Assembly: GCA_963748215.1 (NCBI GenBank)
Contig: CAVVHS010000009.1
Coordinates: 96,001-160,000 of the forward strand
Origin: an uncultured Gammaproteobacteria bacterium
Lineage (GTDB): Bacteria > Pseudomonadota > Gammaproteobacteria > UBA9214
Direction: 5' to 3'
Length of the DNA stretch: 64,000 nt
In this document: positions 49,318 through 58,444 of the stretch, piece by piece
How the letters are laid out: every line of letters begins with the position of its first letter
Numbering within the stretch: position 1 is the stretch's first letter
Translations under genes and position numbers: made by a program
Notes under the pieces: generated by a model
Told to the model about the DNA's origin: nothing
Seen by the model: the letters and a program-made list of their open reading frames with translations, nothing else
The model's database searches: none

Positions 49318-49740
49318 ATGGCCACGGAATCCACGGAAGAACACGGAAAAATAACAAACACAGGTGTAGGGTGCGTTTTACGCACCGGCAGCGGTACACA
49401 GAGCGCACCCTGCGAAAAAGAATTGCCACGGAATCCACGGAAGAACACGGAAAAATAAAAAACCGCGGGTAGGGTGCGTTCTACGCACCGGCGAATGGCG
49501 CACCAAATGCACCCTGCACCTGCAGAAATTCGTGAAGCGTGAAAGGTGAAACGTGAAACGAAAAGCTTGACTCCGGTTCAGTGCAGGTATTAACACTCAC
49601 GTCTCACGTCTCACGTCTCACGTCTCACGTCTCACGTCTCACGTCTCACGTCTCACTCAATGGTGCACGGAGTGCACCCTACATTATTTCCGCGTTCTTC
49701 CGTGGATCCCGTGGCCATTCTTCTTCTCATGTCTCACATC
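49318..49740. repeat. Large composite repeat cluster (REP-like, nonamer and heptamer repeats)
   Basis: GCCACGGAATCCACGGAAGAACACGGAAAAATAA x2; GTAGGGTGCGTTYTACGCACC x2; CGTGAAA run followed by (CTCACGT)x8 at 49596-49656. Confidence 0.9.
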
Positions 49741-49762
49741 CGTTCGCTAGCGGCCTCCGGGC

Positions 49763-50695
49763 CTACAAGGCCCTGGACTCCGTGCGCAGGGCACTGCCGA
49801 CCGCCAGCAGGCAACTGGCCGCGGATGCCTGGTCGAGCTCCTGTTCAGCGCCGATGACATCACGTATCGTCACGGTGCGGGTGGTCAGTCCGAGTGTCTG
49901 CTGCAGCGCGTCCTCCAGTCCGTAGAGCGTGAGCGGCAAGGGCAGGATGGCGATGGTCCGGATCGGGGCCTGGCGGAAGTGCTGCTCGTAATAGTCGATG
50001 GAGCGCTGGATCTCCAGTGCCAGCCGGCTGCTCAGCGCATGGGGATTCGAGGCATTCTCCTGCAGATCGACATAGCCGAAATCGATGGTGCGCGTGAGAT
50101 AGAGTGTCGCCCGGTGCGTCAGGGTAATGAGGCACTGGTGCGGGCTGAAATACAGGGTGGCCAGGCCCGATGCATCTTCCGGGAGGCGGGCGGCGAGGTT
50201 GCGCATCGCCAGTTCGGGTATATCGATAACCTCCAGATTGATGCCGGCCTGCTCCAGCTGGTCGATGCGCTGCTTTACCGTGGCGGCACGTGCGACCACG
50301 ACGTACATCTGCTTGCGCGTTCCCGCGGGACCGCCAGGTGGCGCATCGAACACATCGAGCACGGCATCATCGATATGGAAGTCGATCAGCTCCTGGATCT
50401 GCCAGCGCACGGCGGCGCGCAGTTCCTGGGGCGGGACCTCGGGTGCGTCGACCACCAGCAGCTGATAATCACCGATATCGAGCAACGTCGAGCACTGCTG
50501 CCGGTCCAGGTTGCGGCCTTTCAGGAATTTTTCCTGACTGGCCTTGTCGCCAGGCGGCAGGGATTGGAACGAACATGACTGCAGGCTGGCGCCGGCCTTG
50601 CCCTGTTGGCGTACGCTGGCAATGGCGACACCATTTTCCGTGGAGACGATGCCGGTCATCGCGCCGGGTGGTTTCCTGCTAAATAATGTGACCAT
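49763..50695 (-). CDS. mshI: MSHA biogenesis protein MshI (PilM-like part)
   Basis: YQLLVVDAPEVP..EL..AVRW, IDIPELAMRNL, LALEIQRSIDYYE. Confidence 0.85.
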   Translation of the reverse strand: MVTLFSRKPPGAMTGIVSTENGVAIASVRQQGKAGASLQSCSFQSLPPGDKASQEKFLKGRNLDRQQCSTLLDIGDYQLLVVDAPEVPPQELRAAVRWQIQELIDFHIDDAVLDVFDAPPGGPAGTRKQMYVVVARAATVKQRIDQLEQAGINLEVIDIPELAMRNLAARLPEDASGLATLYFSPHQCLITLTHRATLYLTRTIDFGYVDLQENASNPHALSSRLALEIQRSIDYYEQHFRQAPIRTIAILPLPLTLYGLEDALQQTLGLTTRTVTIRDVIGAEQELDQASAASCLLAVGSALRTESRAL

Positions 50696-50743
50696 AATAA
50701 ATCCCTCTCCATGATTCATTCGCGGACGTGGACCACGACTGCA

Positions 50744-50842
50744 TGCACCCTTGTAGGGTGCACTTTGTGCACCACTTCTTGGTGCGTGGAACGCACCCTA
50801 CATCTTTGTGCACCTTTTCATAGTGCGTGGAACGTATCCTGC
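50744..50842. repeat. Inverted REP-like doublet
   Basis: GTAGGGTGCACTTTGTGCACC followed by GGTGCGTGGAACGCACCCTAC. Confidence 0.8.
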
Positions 50843-50856
50843 CTCTGGCGTATACA

Positions 50857-52221
50857 TCACTGGATCACCTCGCTCCAGTGCACCAGGGCAACGCCACCAC
50901 CTGCGCCACCGGATGCGTAGACCGCGTTAAGATTGCTGCCGGTCGGCGAGGTCTGGCCACTCCAGCTGCTACCGTTCCAGGTAGCGATGGTGCCATCTTC
51001 CCCGACCAGATAGCCTTCGGTTGCGCTGACCATGTAAACGGAGTTCAGGTTTTTATTTGCAATGCTCGATGTATTCCCGATTCGGGTCCAGGCCGAGCCG
51101 TTCCAGTGATTGATGTTCTCGTAGCCGGAGCGTTCGCCCACGGCCCAGCAGTCGTTGCTGGCGGCACAGTGCACGCTCTTGAGCGTTTTGTTCGGGACGC
51201 TGCCAGACGGGCCGGAACGGCTCCAGCTGCTGCCGCTCCAGTGGATAATAAGCTCGCCACTTTCGACCTCGCCAACCGCCCAGCAGTCGTTGCCGGCGAC
51301 GCAGTGCACGCTGTAGAGCGTCTTGTCAGGTATGCTGCCAGAGGTGCCGGCGCGGTTCCAGCTGCTGCCGTTCCAGTGGATGATCAGTTCGCCATTTTCA
51401 GCCTCGCCCACGGCCCGGCAGTCGTTGCCGGCGACGCAGTGCACGCTATAGAGCGGTTTGTCCGGGATGCTGCCATAGGGCCCGACGCGGCTCCAGGTCG
51501 TGCCGTTCCAGTGGATGATAAGCTCGCCGCCTTCAGCCTCGCCGACCGCCCAGCAGTCGTTGCTGGCAACGCAATGTACGCTGTACAGCTCCTTGTTGGG
51601 AATACCGCCATAGGGGCCGGAGCGGCTCCAGCTGCTGCCGTCCCAATGGATGATCAGCTCGCCACCGCTGTCCGTACCGACCGCCCAGCAGTCATTGCCA
51701 GACGCGCAGTGCACGCTGTTGAGTTCCACGTTCGGGATGCCACCGTACGGTCCGGCGCGGCTCCAGCTGCTGCCGTCCCAGCGGATGATCAGTTCACCGC
51801 CGTCAACCTCGCCCACCGCCCAGCCACCGGCGCCGCCCCCCGCCGTCAGGTCGCCATCGATGGTGCGCGTTACGGTATTCGCTGCGATGGTGGTCGTCAC
51901 GCTGCCGCTGACGCGGATGTGGCAAAGGGGTCCGACCAGGGCCGCTGACTGCACCTGGAAACTGCCGCGTCCGATGGCAGCGGTCTCGCCGGCCAGTGCG
52001 GTGCAGGCACTTCCGCTGGCATAGCGCCAGGCGGCGCGCTCGAGTCCGCTTTCGGCGATGAACAGGGCCTCGATTCCGTCGTTGTGCAGGGCACTGTCGG
52101 TGATGCTGCTGGCGGCCATGCGTTGCACGGCGGCCAGCAGCACGGTAATGGCAAGGATCAGGAACAGGGCGCCGATCAGGGTGACGGCGCCGCGCTGGCG
52201 TTGCGCTGACGGCGCAGTCAT
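50857..52221 (-). CDS. MshP/PilX-like minor pilin with inserted 7-repeat beta-propeller
   Basis: QRGAVTLIGALF N-terminus, ALFIAESGLE, 45-aa tandem repeats, C-terminal HWSE. Confidence 0.8.
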   Translation of the reverse strand: MTAPSAQRQRGAVTLIGALFLILAITVLLAAVQRMAASSITDSALHNDGIEALFIAESGLERAAWRYASGSACTALAGETAAIGRGSFQVQSAALVGPLCHIRVSGSVTTTIAANTVTRTIDGDLTAGGGAGGWAVGEVDGGELIIRWDGSSWSRAGPYGGIPNVELNSVHCASGNDCWAVGTDSGGELIIHWDGSSWSRSGPYGGIPNKELYSVHCVASNDCWAVGEAEGGELIIHWNGTTWSRVGPYGSIPDKPLYSVHCVAGNDCRAVGEAENGELIIHWNGSSWNRAGTSGSIPDKTLYSVHCVAGNDCWAVGEVESGELIIHWSGSSWSRSGPSGSVPNKTLKSVHCAASNDCWAVGERSGYENINHWNGSAWTRIGNTSSIANKNLNSVYMVSATEGYLVGEDGTIATWNGSSWSGQTSPTGSNLNAVYASGGAGGGVALVHWSEVIQ

Positions 52222-52739
52222 TGCCGGTTCCTCAGCGCCACGCGCGTGCGCTGCGGGTAGCTGTTGCCGTTGCGGGTCAGCACCAGGTCGAACTCGATGA
52301 AGGCGACATCTGCAATTCCAGTGGCGGCCGTACTGCCATCGGCCCGGTAGTAGGCAAAGGTCATGCTGCCGACCTCGTCGGTCAGGGTATGGGTGCCGGC
52401 CGGCGTGGCATAGGCGAGCGTGAGCAGCGGTGGTGTGCCGGTCAGGGTGACGGCCGTGCCATCGCTGCGGGTGAAGGCCAGCGTCGTGCCGGTCATGGTG
52501 GTGATGTCGTAGTTGGCGGGGGTCACGGTGTTGCGGCGTACCTCGCGCACCTCGCGTGCCATGCGCTCGCTGGCATAGCGCAGTTTGCCGAGCGTGTGCA
52601 GGACATCGGCATTGCCGGAAAAGGCCAGTGCCCCGCCGGTCAGGCCGTAGCCGGCGGCCGCACCCAGCAGTGCCAGGATCACCAGGCTGATGATCATCTC
52701 GATCAGGGTGAAGCCGTGCTGTCGCTCGCGCGCTGCCAT
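52218..52739 (-). CDS. Minor pilin (MshO-like)
   Basis: GFTLIEMII prepilin site; ERMAREVR. Confidence 0.82.
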   Translation of the reverse strand: MAARERQHGFTLIEMIISLVILALLGAAAGYGLTGGALAFSGNADVLHTLGKLRYASERMAREVREVRRNTVTPANYDITTMTGTTLAFTRSDGTAVTLTGTPPLLTLAYATPAGTHTLTDEVGSMTFAYYRADGSTAATGIADVAFIEFDLVLTRNGNSYPQRTRVALRNRQ

Positions 52740-53137
52740 CAGTAGTTCACCAGTACGAAACTGACCCGGGCCCGGTTTTTGGGACCGCGCTCGACGCTGA
52801 CTACTACGCCCTTGCAGGTCGCGCCGGTAGCGCAGCCACCGCTGGCCGGTGGCTGGGTTACGGTCACGCTGCGCGTGTAACTGCTGTAATTGCCGGTCAG
52901 CACGTCATTGGTCGTGCCGATGGCAACGGCCGCATAGCCCTGGTCGCGACGCAGGGCGAGAATCTGTTCGGCGCGCTCCTGGGCCAGCTGGGCGGCGGTC
53001 TGGATCTCCTCGTCTATCAGCGTGCTGCCGGCGACCTGGGTGAATTGCCCGAGAATCGGCACCGAGGCCAGCGCCACGATGACGATGACCAGGATCAGTT
53101 CGATCAGGGTGAAGCCGGCCTGGCGAGTGCGTGTCAT
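52739..53137 (-). CDS. Minor pilin (MshD-like)
   Basis: GFTLIELIL; AQLAQERAEQI. Confidence 0.82.
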   Translation of the reverse strand: MTRTRQAGFTLIELILVIVIVALASVPILGQFTQVAGSTLIDEEIQTAAQLAQERAEQILALRRDQGYAAVAIGTTNDVLTGNYSSYTRSVTVTQPPASGGCATGATCKGVVVSVERGPKNRARVSFVLVNY

Positions 53138-53577
53138 GGCGTCACCGAGACGAAACCCGTGACCGGACTCAGGGTCACGGTGGCGGTCCGTGAGCTGCCG
53201 CTCAGGGTGAAGACGCGTGCCGCGGCCAGCAGGCTGCCGGCGGCGACCGGCCGGCCCAGGCTGTCGAAGCCGGTGTCGGTGCCGGACAGGGTGACGCTGT
53301 TATCCAGGGTCACGGTGTAGGGCTGCAGAGTGGCAGGGTCGGTGACGGTGCTGCCGCCGAAGCTGACCCGGTAGGTCGTCGCGGACTGCACGTCGAAGAC
53401 CAGGGTGCGGCCCTGGTTCAGCGCCAGGGCCTGGGTGTGGCGCAGGTCGCGCGCCAGCCGGTCGGCCTGCGCTGCGACGGTGTTATCAGAAGGTGAGAAG
53501 CGCGGGACGGCGTAGGCGGCCAGCGTGCCCAGGATCACCAGCACGATGACCAGTTCCAGCAGGGTAAAACCCCGCAT
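53134..53577 (-). CDS. Minor pilin (MshC/FimT-like)
   Basis: GFTLLELVIV; LRHTQALAL; FDSLGRP; TGFV. Confidence 0.82.
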   Translation of the reverse strand: MRGFTLLELVIVLVILGTLAAYAVPRFSPSDNTVAAQADRLARDLRHTQALALNQGRTLVFDVQSATTYRVSFGGSTVTDPATLQPYTVTLDNSVTLSGTDTGFDSLGRPVAAGSLLAAARVFTLSGSSRTATVTLSPVTGFVSVTP

Positions 53578-53662
53578 AAACGCTGTGGTTGGCAATGAGC
53601 GACATGGGGTGGCCGGTAACAGGAAAGGGCGGGCAGGTGCCCGCCCTTCCAGGTTGACAGGT

Positions 53663-54048
53663 TCAAGGTGTCTGCCGGCTACGGAATAAGCCCACACACT
53701 GCACTGTGTCACCGATGGTTGTCGTTGCGGTGGCGCAGTTCGAGTCGGTATAGGTCAGCACGATGTAGTCGGTGGTGTCGATACGCACCTGGATTCCGGT
53801 GGGGTCATGGCGGCAACATTTTCACCATTGACATAGGTGGACAGCTCGGTGACCGTCGGGAAGCGCTTCAGATCGGCGATCGCGATGGCGTGGGCACTCT
53901 TCACCGCACCGCTCATGCCTTTCTTGGAGGCATCCAGCGCATCGCCGGAGAGATCGACAAACTTGGGAATGGCGATCGCGGCCAGCACGCCCAGGATTGC
54001 GATGACGATCACCAGTTCGATTAATGTAAAACCTTTAACCTTGCTCAT
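53663..54048 (-). CDS. mshA: Major MSHA pilin with an apparent 1-bp frameshift near 53808
   Basis: KGFTLIELVIVIAILGVLAAIAIPKFVDL; the pilin-like C-terminus with a Cys pair (DSNC...VQC) continues in a shifted frame. Confidence 0.8.
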
Positions 54049-54217
54049 TTTATACACTCCTTGTGGGTTGACAGTTGAACCTGTACAGCCATTCCAGCGG
54101 CCGTACCTAGTAAAACTTTAATCATAAATAGTTAATAAATATCAATTTCTTATGTTTCCATTAACGGCTTCACACTTCTGTTGATGCGCGGTTTCATTGA
54201 ACCTTGTGCAGCCATTC

Positions 54218-54420
54218 CCGGTGCGTAAAACGCACCCTACGCCCGGCTTTTATTTTTCCGTGTTCTTCCGTGGATTCCGTGGCCATTATCCATTGCGCCC
54301 GTCATTCACGTTTCACCTTTCACGTCTCACACCAGGGTGTACGCCATGCACCGCTTCCGGTGCGTAAAACGCACCCTACGCCCGGGTTTGTTTTTTCCGT
54401 GTTCTTCCGTGGCCATTCAT
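54218..54420. repeat. Composite repeat (two REP + nonamer units with a heptamer run)
   Basis: CCGGTGCGTAAAACGCACCCTACGCCCGG...TTTTTCCGTGTTCTTCCGTGG x2; TTCACGTTTCACCTTTCACGTCTCAC. Confidence 0.88.
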
Positions 54421-54425
54421 ATCGA

Positions 54426-55646
54426 TCAATGCAACGCAACTGAGGCCAGGTTCCACATGGGCAGGAAGATGCCCATGGCCATCACCAGCACCAGGCCGCC
54501 GATCACCACGGTGAGGATCGGTTCGATGGACGCACTCAGCCGCTCGGTGGCGTAGTCCACCTCGCGCTCGTAATAGTCCGCCACCTCGGTGAGCAGCTCG
54601 CTGATGGTGCCGGATTCCTCGCCCACGGCCAGCATCTGCAGCACCAGCGGATCGAAGATGCCGCTGTTGGCGGCGGTCAGGCTCAGTGCCTTGCCATGCT
54701 CGATGCCGCCACGCATGCCGAGGATGCGTTCTTCCAGGTAACTGTTGTTCAGCGCCTGCGCGACCACCGTCAGGGCGGTCATCAGCGGTACGCCTGAATT
54801 CATGCTCATCGCGAACAGGTGACTGAAGCGCGCCAGCGAGGCCTGGTAGATCACGCTGCCGACCAGCGGCAGGCGCAGCTTGAACTTGTCCCAGCGATAG
54901 CGGCCGGCCTCGATGCCGACGTACTGTTTCGCGCCGGCCACCAGCACTGCCAGCAGCAACAGCAGTACAGGCCAGTAGCCGACCATGAAATCGGACGTCA
55001 TCATGAGTATGCGGGTCGGCAGCGGCAGTTCGGCGCCGAAACTCCTGAACAGGTTGCTGAAGGCCGGGACGACCCAGATACTGATCACGGCCAGCGCGAT
55101 GGCGATGGCGCTGATCACGAAGACCGGGTAACGCAACGCCGACTTGATCCTGCCGCGCGTGGTCTTTTCCCGGTCCAGGTAAAAGGCAAGTTGCTGAAAG
55201 ATCTCGGTCAGTTTACCGCTGGTCTCGCCGACGCGCACCAGGCTGACGTAGAACATCGAAAACACCCGGGGATGCTGCCCGAGCGCATCCGACAGCGTGT
55301 GTCCCGTCTCCAGGCTGGTCACCACCTGGTGCAGTGTTTGCGCCAGCGCACGGTTGCCCGTGGTGGTGGCCAGCCCGGTGATGGCGCGGAAGATGGGAAT
55401 GCCGGCGCGCAGCATGCTGTGCATCTGCCGGCTGAACTGGATCAGGTCGGGAAGCTGGACCCTGGGCGCAAACAGGCTTTCCAGGCTGATGCCCAGCGAG
55501 AGTTTTTCGACAAAGGGCTGGATGTCGACCGGGATCAGCCCGCCCTCGATCAGGCGCGCGGCGGCCAGGTCGGGGCTGGCGGCATCGATAGTGCCCTCGA
55601 TGGCATCGCCATGGGCGCCGCGTGCCCTGTACCTGAATACCGGCAT
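54426..55646 (-). CDS. mshG: MSHA inner-membrane platform protein MshG (PilC/GspF family)
   Basis: FSRQM..MLRAGIP, GETSG.L, ALRYP, IEPIL, IFLPMW. Confidence 0.93.
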   Translation of the reverse strand: MPVFRYRARGAHGDAIEGTIDAASPDLAAARLIEGGLIPVDIQPFVEKLSLGISLESLFAPRVQLPDLIQFSRQMHSMLRAGIPIFRAITGLATTTGNRALAQTLHQVVTSLETGHTLSDALGQHPRVFSMFYVSLVRVGETSGKLTEIFQQLAFYLDREKTTRGRIKSALRYPVFVISAIAIALAVISIWVVPAFSNLFRSFGAELPLPTRILMMTSDFMVGYWPVLLLLLAVLVAGAKQYVGIEAGRYRWDKFKLRLPLVGSVIYQASLARFSHLFAMSMNSGVPLMTALTVVAQALNNSYLEERILGMRGGIEHGKALSLTAANSGIFDPLVLQMLAVGEESGTISELLTEVADYYEREVDYATERLSASIEPILTVVIGGLVLVMAMGIFLPMWNLASVALH

Positions 55647-57355
55647 CACTCGGCCCAACCGCACAGGCGCATCACTTCCCCGATGGTCGTGATGCCGTCA
55701 CGCGCATAGTCCAGTGCATGGCTGACCAGCGGCTGGTAGCCAGGTTGCTCGCTTGCCGCGCACTGCACGGCGTTCTGGTCCCCGCTGCGCAGGGCCTCGG
55801 CGAGTGCGGGTGTCATCACCAGCAGCTCGTAAATGCCGATGCGTCCGCTGTAGCCGGTCTGGTTGCAGCTGTTGCAGCCATTGCCTTGCCGGAACACGTG
55901 TTTGTCCAGCGTATCGCCGGCCTGCTCGCGCAGCCAGGCCTGTTCGTTGGTGTCGAGTAATGCCGGGGCACTGCAACGCCTGCAGACCCGGCGGATCAGG
56001 CGCTGGGCGAGGATGGCCTGCACGGACGAGGCCAGTAAATAGCTCTCCAGGCCCATGTCCACCAGGCGAATGACACTGCTGACGGCATCGTTGGTATGCA
56101 GTGTCGACAGCACCAGGTGGCCGGTCAGCGAGGCGCGCAGCGCGATCTCGCCGGTTTCATGGTCGCGGATCTCGCCCAGCAGCAGAATGTCCGGGTCGAG
56201 GCGCAGGGCGGTGCGCAATACGCGCGCGAAATCGAGCCCGACCTTGTTGTTGACCTGCACCTGGTTGACGCGTTGCATGCGATACTCGACCGGGTCCTCG
56301 ATGGTGATGATCTTGCGCTGCGGCGAATTCAGCTCCTGCAATGTGCTGTACAGTGTCGTGGTCTTGCCGCTGCCGGTCGGTCCGGTCACCAGGATCAGAC
56401 CGTGCGGCTTGTGAATGATCCTGCGAAAGGTCTCCAGCAATACCGCAGGCATGCCCAGTTCCTCCAGCGTACTGATGGAATTGCTATGGTCGAGCAGGCG
56501 CATGACGACGCCCTCGCCGTTCTGGGTCGGGATGGTGGACAGGCGCACATCGATCTGCCGGTCCTTGACGTTCACCGAAAAGCGGCCGTCCTGGGGCAGC
56601 CGGCGTTCCGATATGTCGGCATTGGCCATCAGCTTGAGGCGCGACACCAGCGCGGCGGTGATGTTCTTTTCGTCGACGATCTGCTCGTGCAGGATGCCGT
56701 CGATGCGGCGCCGTATGCGCAACAGGTTCTCGTCCGGCTCGACGTGGATATCCGAGGCATGCGCCTTCACGGCGCCGTCGAACATGGACTGGATCAGGCG
56801 CACCACGGGCGCATCGCTCTTGTTGCTGACGGCGATCAGCCGGTCGAGGTCAAAGGTGCTGTCCGACATGTCGCGGCCGACCTCGCTGGCCAGCGACTGC
56901 AGCTGGTCATTACCGCTGTACATCCGGTCGATGCCTGTCAGCAGGTCGGCTTCCTTGACGGCCGCCAGCTCGACCGGGCACTTGAGCGCCTTGACCAGTG
57001 CGTCGTAATTGAAAATATCGGTAGGGTCACCCAGCGCCACCAGCAGGCCGCTGGCCGTTTCCTTGAGGATCAGGGCGCGGTAGCGGCGGGCGTCGGTTTC
57101 CGGCAGCCGCTGTACCAGTTGTGGATTCAGTTCGAAGGTCTGCAGGTCAACATAGGGAATGCCGATCTGCGTCGACAGGATTCTCAGCATGGCCTCTTCG
57201 TTGACGTAACCGTGATCGATCAGCACGCGGCCGAGCTTGCGGCCGCTCTTTTTCTGTTCCGCAAGCGCGGCCTGCAGCTGGTTCTCGGAAATCAGCTTCT
57301 TCTCGACCAGCAGGTCGCCGAGGCGGACTTTCACGCGTTGCATGTTTGCTGCCAT
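55646..57355 (-). CDS. mshE: MSHA assembly ATPase MshE
   Basis: N-terminal MshEN motif RLGDLL...Q...RKLG; GPTGSGKTT; LGEIRD; LSTLHTN; Zn-binding CxxC pairs. Confidence 0.95.
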   Translation of the reverse strand: MAANMQRVKVRLGDLLVEKKLISENQLQAALAEQKKSGRKLGRVLIDHGYVNEEAMLRILSTQIGIPYVDLQTFELNPQLVQRLPETDARRYRALILKETASGLLVALGDPTDIFNYDALVKALKCPVELAAVKEADLLTGIDRMYSGNDQLQSLASEVGRDMSDSTFDLDRLIAVSNKSDAPVVRLIQSMFDGAVKAHASDIHVEPDENLLRIRRRIDGILHEQIVDEKNITAALVSRLKLMANADISERRLPQDGRFSVNVKDRQIDVRLSTIPTQNGEGVVMRLLDHSNSISTLEELGMPAVLLETFRRIIHKPHGLILVTGPTGSGKTTTLYSTLQELNSPQRKIITIEDPVEYRMQRVNQVQVNNKVGLDFARVLRTALRLDPDILLLGEIRDHETGEIALRASLTGHLVLSTLHTNDAVSSVIRLVDMGLESYLLASSVQAILAQRLIRRVCRRCSAPALLDTNEQAWLREQAGDTLDKHVFRQGNGCNSCNQTGYSGRIGIYELLVMTPALAEALRSGDQNAVQCAASEQPGYQPLVSHALDYARDGITTIGEVMRLCGWAE

Positions 57356-57386
57356 GATTGCAATCCTTGCCGGTTGTCGTACCTGA

Positions 57387-58433
57387 TCAGCGCGCCAGCT
57401 GTTCGAGTCGCAGCTGCACGTACTGTTGCAATGCCGTACCCAGCGGATAGTGCAATGCCTGCCGGTAGGCCGATGCCGCCGTCTCCGCATCGCCCGCCTG
57501 CTCGCTGGATATGCCCAGCCCCATCCACCACTCGCCATGTGCCGGCGCCAGCCGCAGCGCCTCGCGATAGCTCCCGGCTGCCGCATCTGCCTTGCCGCTG
57601 CGCTGGTAAAGCCCGGCCAGCAGGGCATGGTAGGCGGCATCGTCAGCGGCGGCAGGCAGTGCGCCCTGCAGGGCATTGATGGCCTCGCTGTCACGCGCCT
57701 GTGCAGCCAGCAATTGTGCATACAGGCTGGCGTAGGGGGCATGCTGCGGGTAGAGCAGCAGGCCGCTGGCCAGCACCGACTCTGCGCGGCTGTTCCGCTG
57801 CAGCTGCACATACAGGCCGGCCAGCAGCAGCCGCGCCTTGTGCAGGCCATTATCCCGTGCCAGCAGGTCCTCGAGCAGGCGTTCCGCCTCGACAGCGTTA
57901 CCCTTGTTCACGGCCGCTGCGGCAACCTGGAAATCGCGTTCCAGCCGCTGTTCCGTCGACAGCGGGCGGGGTGTCACCTCGAAATGACCGTCGTCTCCGG
58001 CGGCCGGCCCGCTGGCAGGCGCAGCCGCCTGGGCAGGTGTCGCCGGGGGCGTCTGTACTTTCTGTTCGTGCTGTTCGGTAACCGGTGTCTCTACCGTGTC
58101 GGGAGCGGTGTGTGCGGGTGCGGCGGGTAGCCGTGCCGTGACCTTGCCGGCAACAACCGCCCGCACCGGTATCTCCAGTATCCGGGTCGTTTCCGCCGGG
58201 TCGCTGTCGGGTGTCCGTGACTGCTGCAGTCGGAACGTGTTGCTGAAGGCAATACCCGCCAGCGCGATGGTGACGAGCAGGGCGGCGCCGGCCAGCACCG
58301 GGGTGCGTCCCGCCAGCGGATTGCGCAGGTGCATTCCCGCCAGGCCCGGCGGGTGCAGGACGGCGGCATGGGCGCCCGCCGGCTGGTGGTTGCGCCGGTC
58401 CAGGTCCTTCAGCATATCGTTGATCAGGCTCAT
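57387..58433 (-). CDS. mshN: MSHA biogenesis TPR protein MshN
   Basis: MSLINDMLKDLDRR; C-terminal TPRs with WWMGLGIS. Confidence 0.9.
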   Translation of the reverse strand: MSLINDMLKDLDRRNHQPAGAHAAVLHPPGLAGMHLRNPLAGRTPVLAGAALLVTIALAGIAFSNTFRLQQSRTPDSDPAETTRILEIPVRAVVAGKVTARLPAAPAHTAPDTVETPVTEQHEQKVQTPPATPAQAAAPASGPAAGDDGHFEVTPRPLSTEQRLERDFQVAAAAVNKGNAVEAERLLEDLLARDNGLHKARLLLAGLYVQLQRNSRAESVLASGLLLYPQHAPYASLYAQLLAAQARDSEAINALQGALPAAADDAAYHALLAGLYQRSGKADAAAGSYREALRLAPAHGEWWMGLGISSEQAGDAETAASAYRQALHYPLGTALQQYVQLRLEQLAR

Positions 58434-58444
58434 GACGGTTGCGC

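Noticed and set aside
49581-49925. ORF with SHVSRLT repeats
   Set aside because: It is only the translation of the CTCACGT heptamer array.
51000-51830. 135-bp periodic repeats read as a CRISPR or non-coding array
   Set aside because: The period is a multiple of 3 and the repeats encode in-frame 45-aa protein units with no unique spacers.
56096-57679. Long antisense ORFs (e.g. 527 aa here, 2951-4291, 20991-22274, 25546-26949)
   Set aside because: Shadow ORFs opposite well-supported genes, expected from GC-rich codon bias; no recognisable motifs.
57356-57850. Long N-terminal extension of MshE in the ORF track (similar cases for fliG, fliI, flhG and the 9255 sulfotransferase)
   Set aside because: Overlaps the upstream gene out of frame; downstream ATGs fit the known N-termini.
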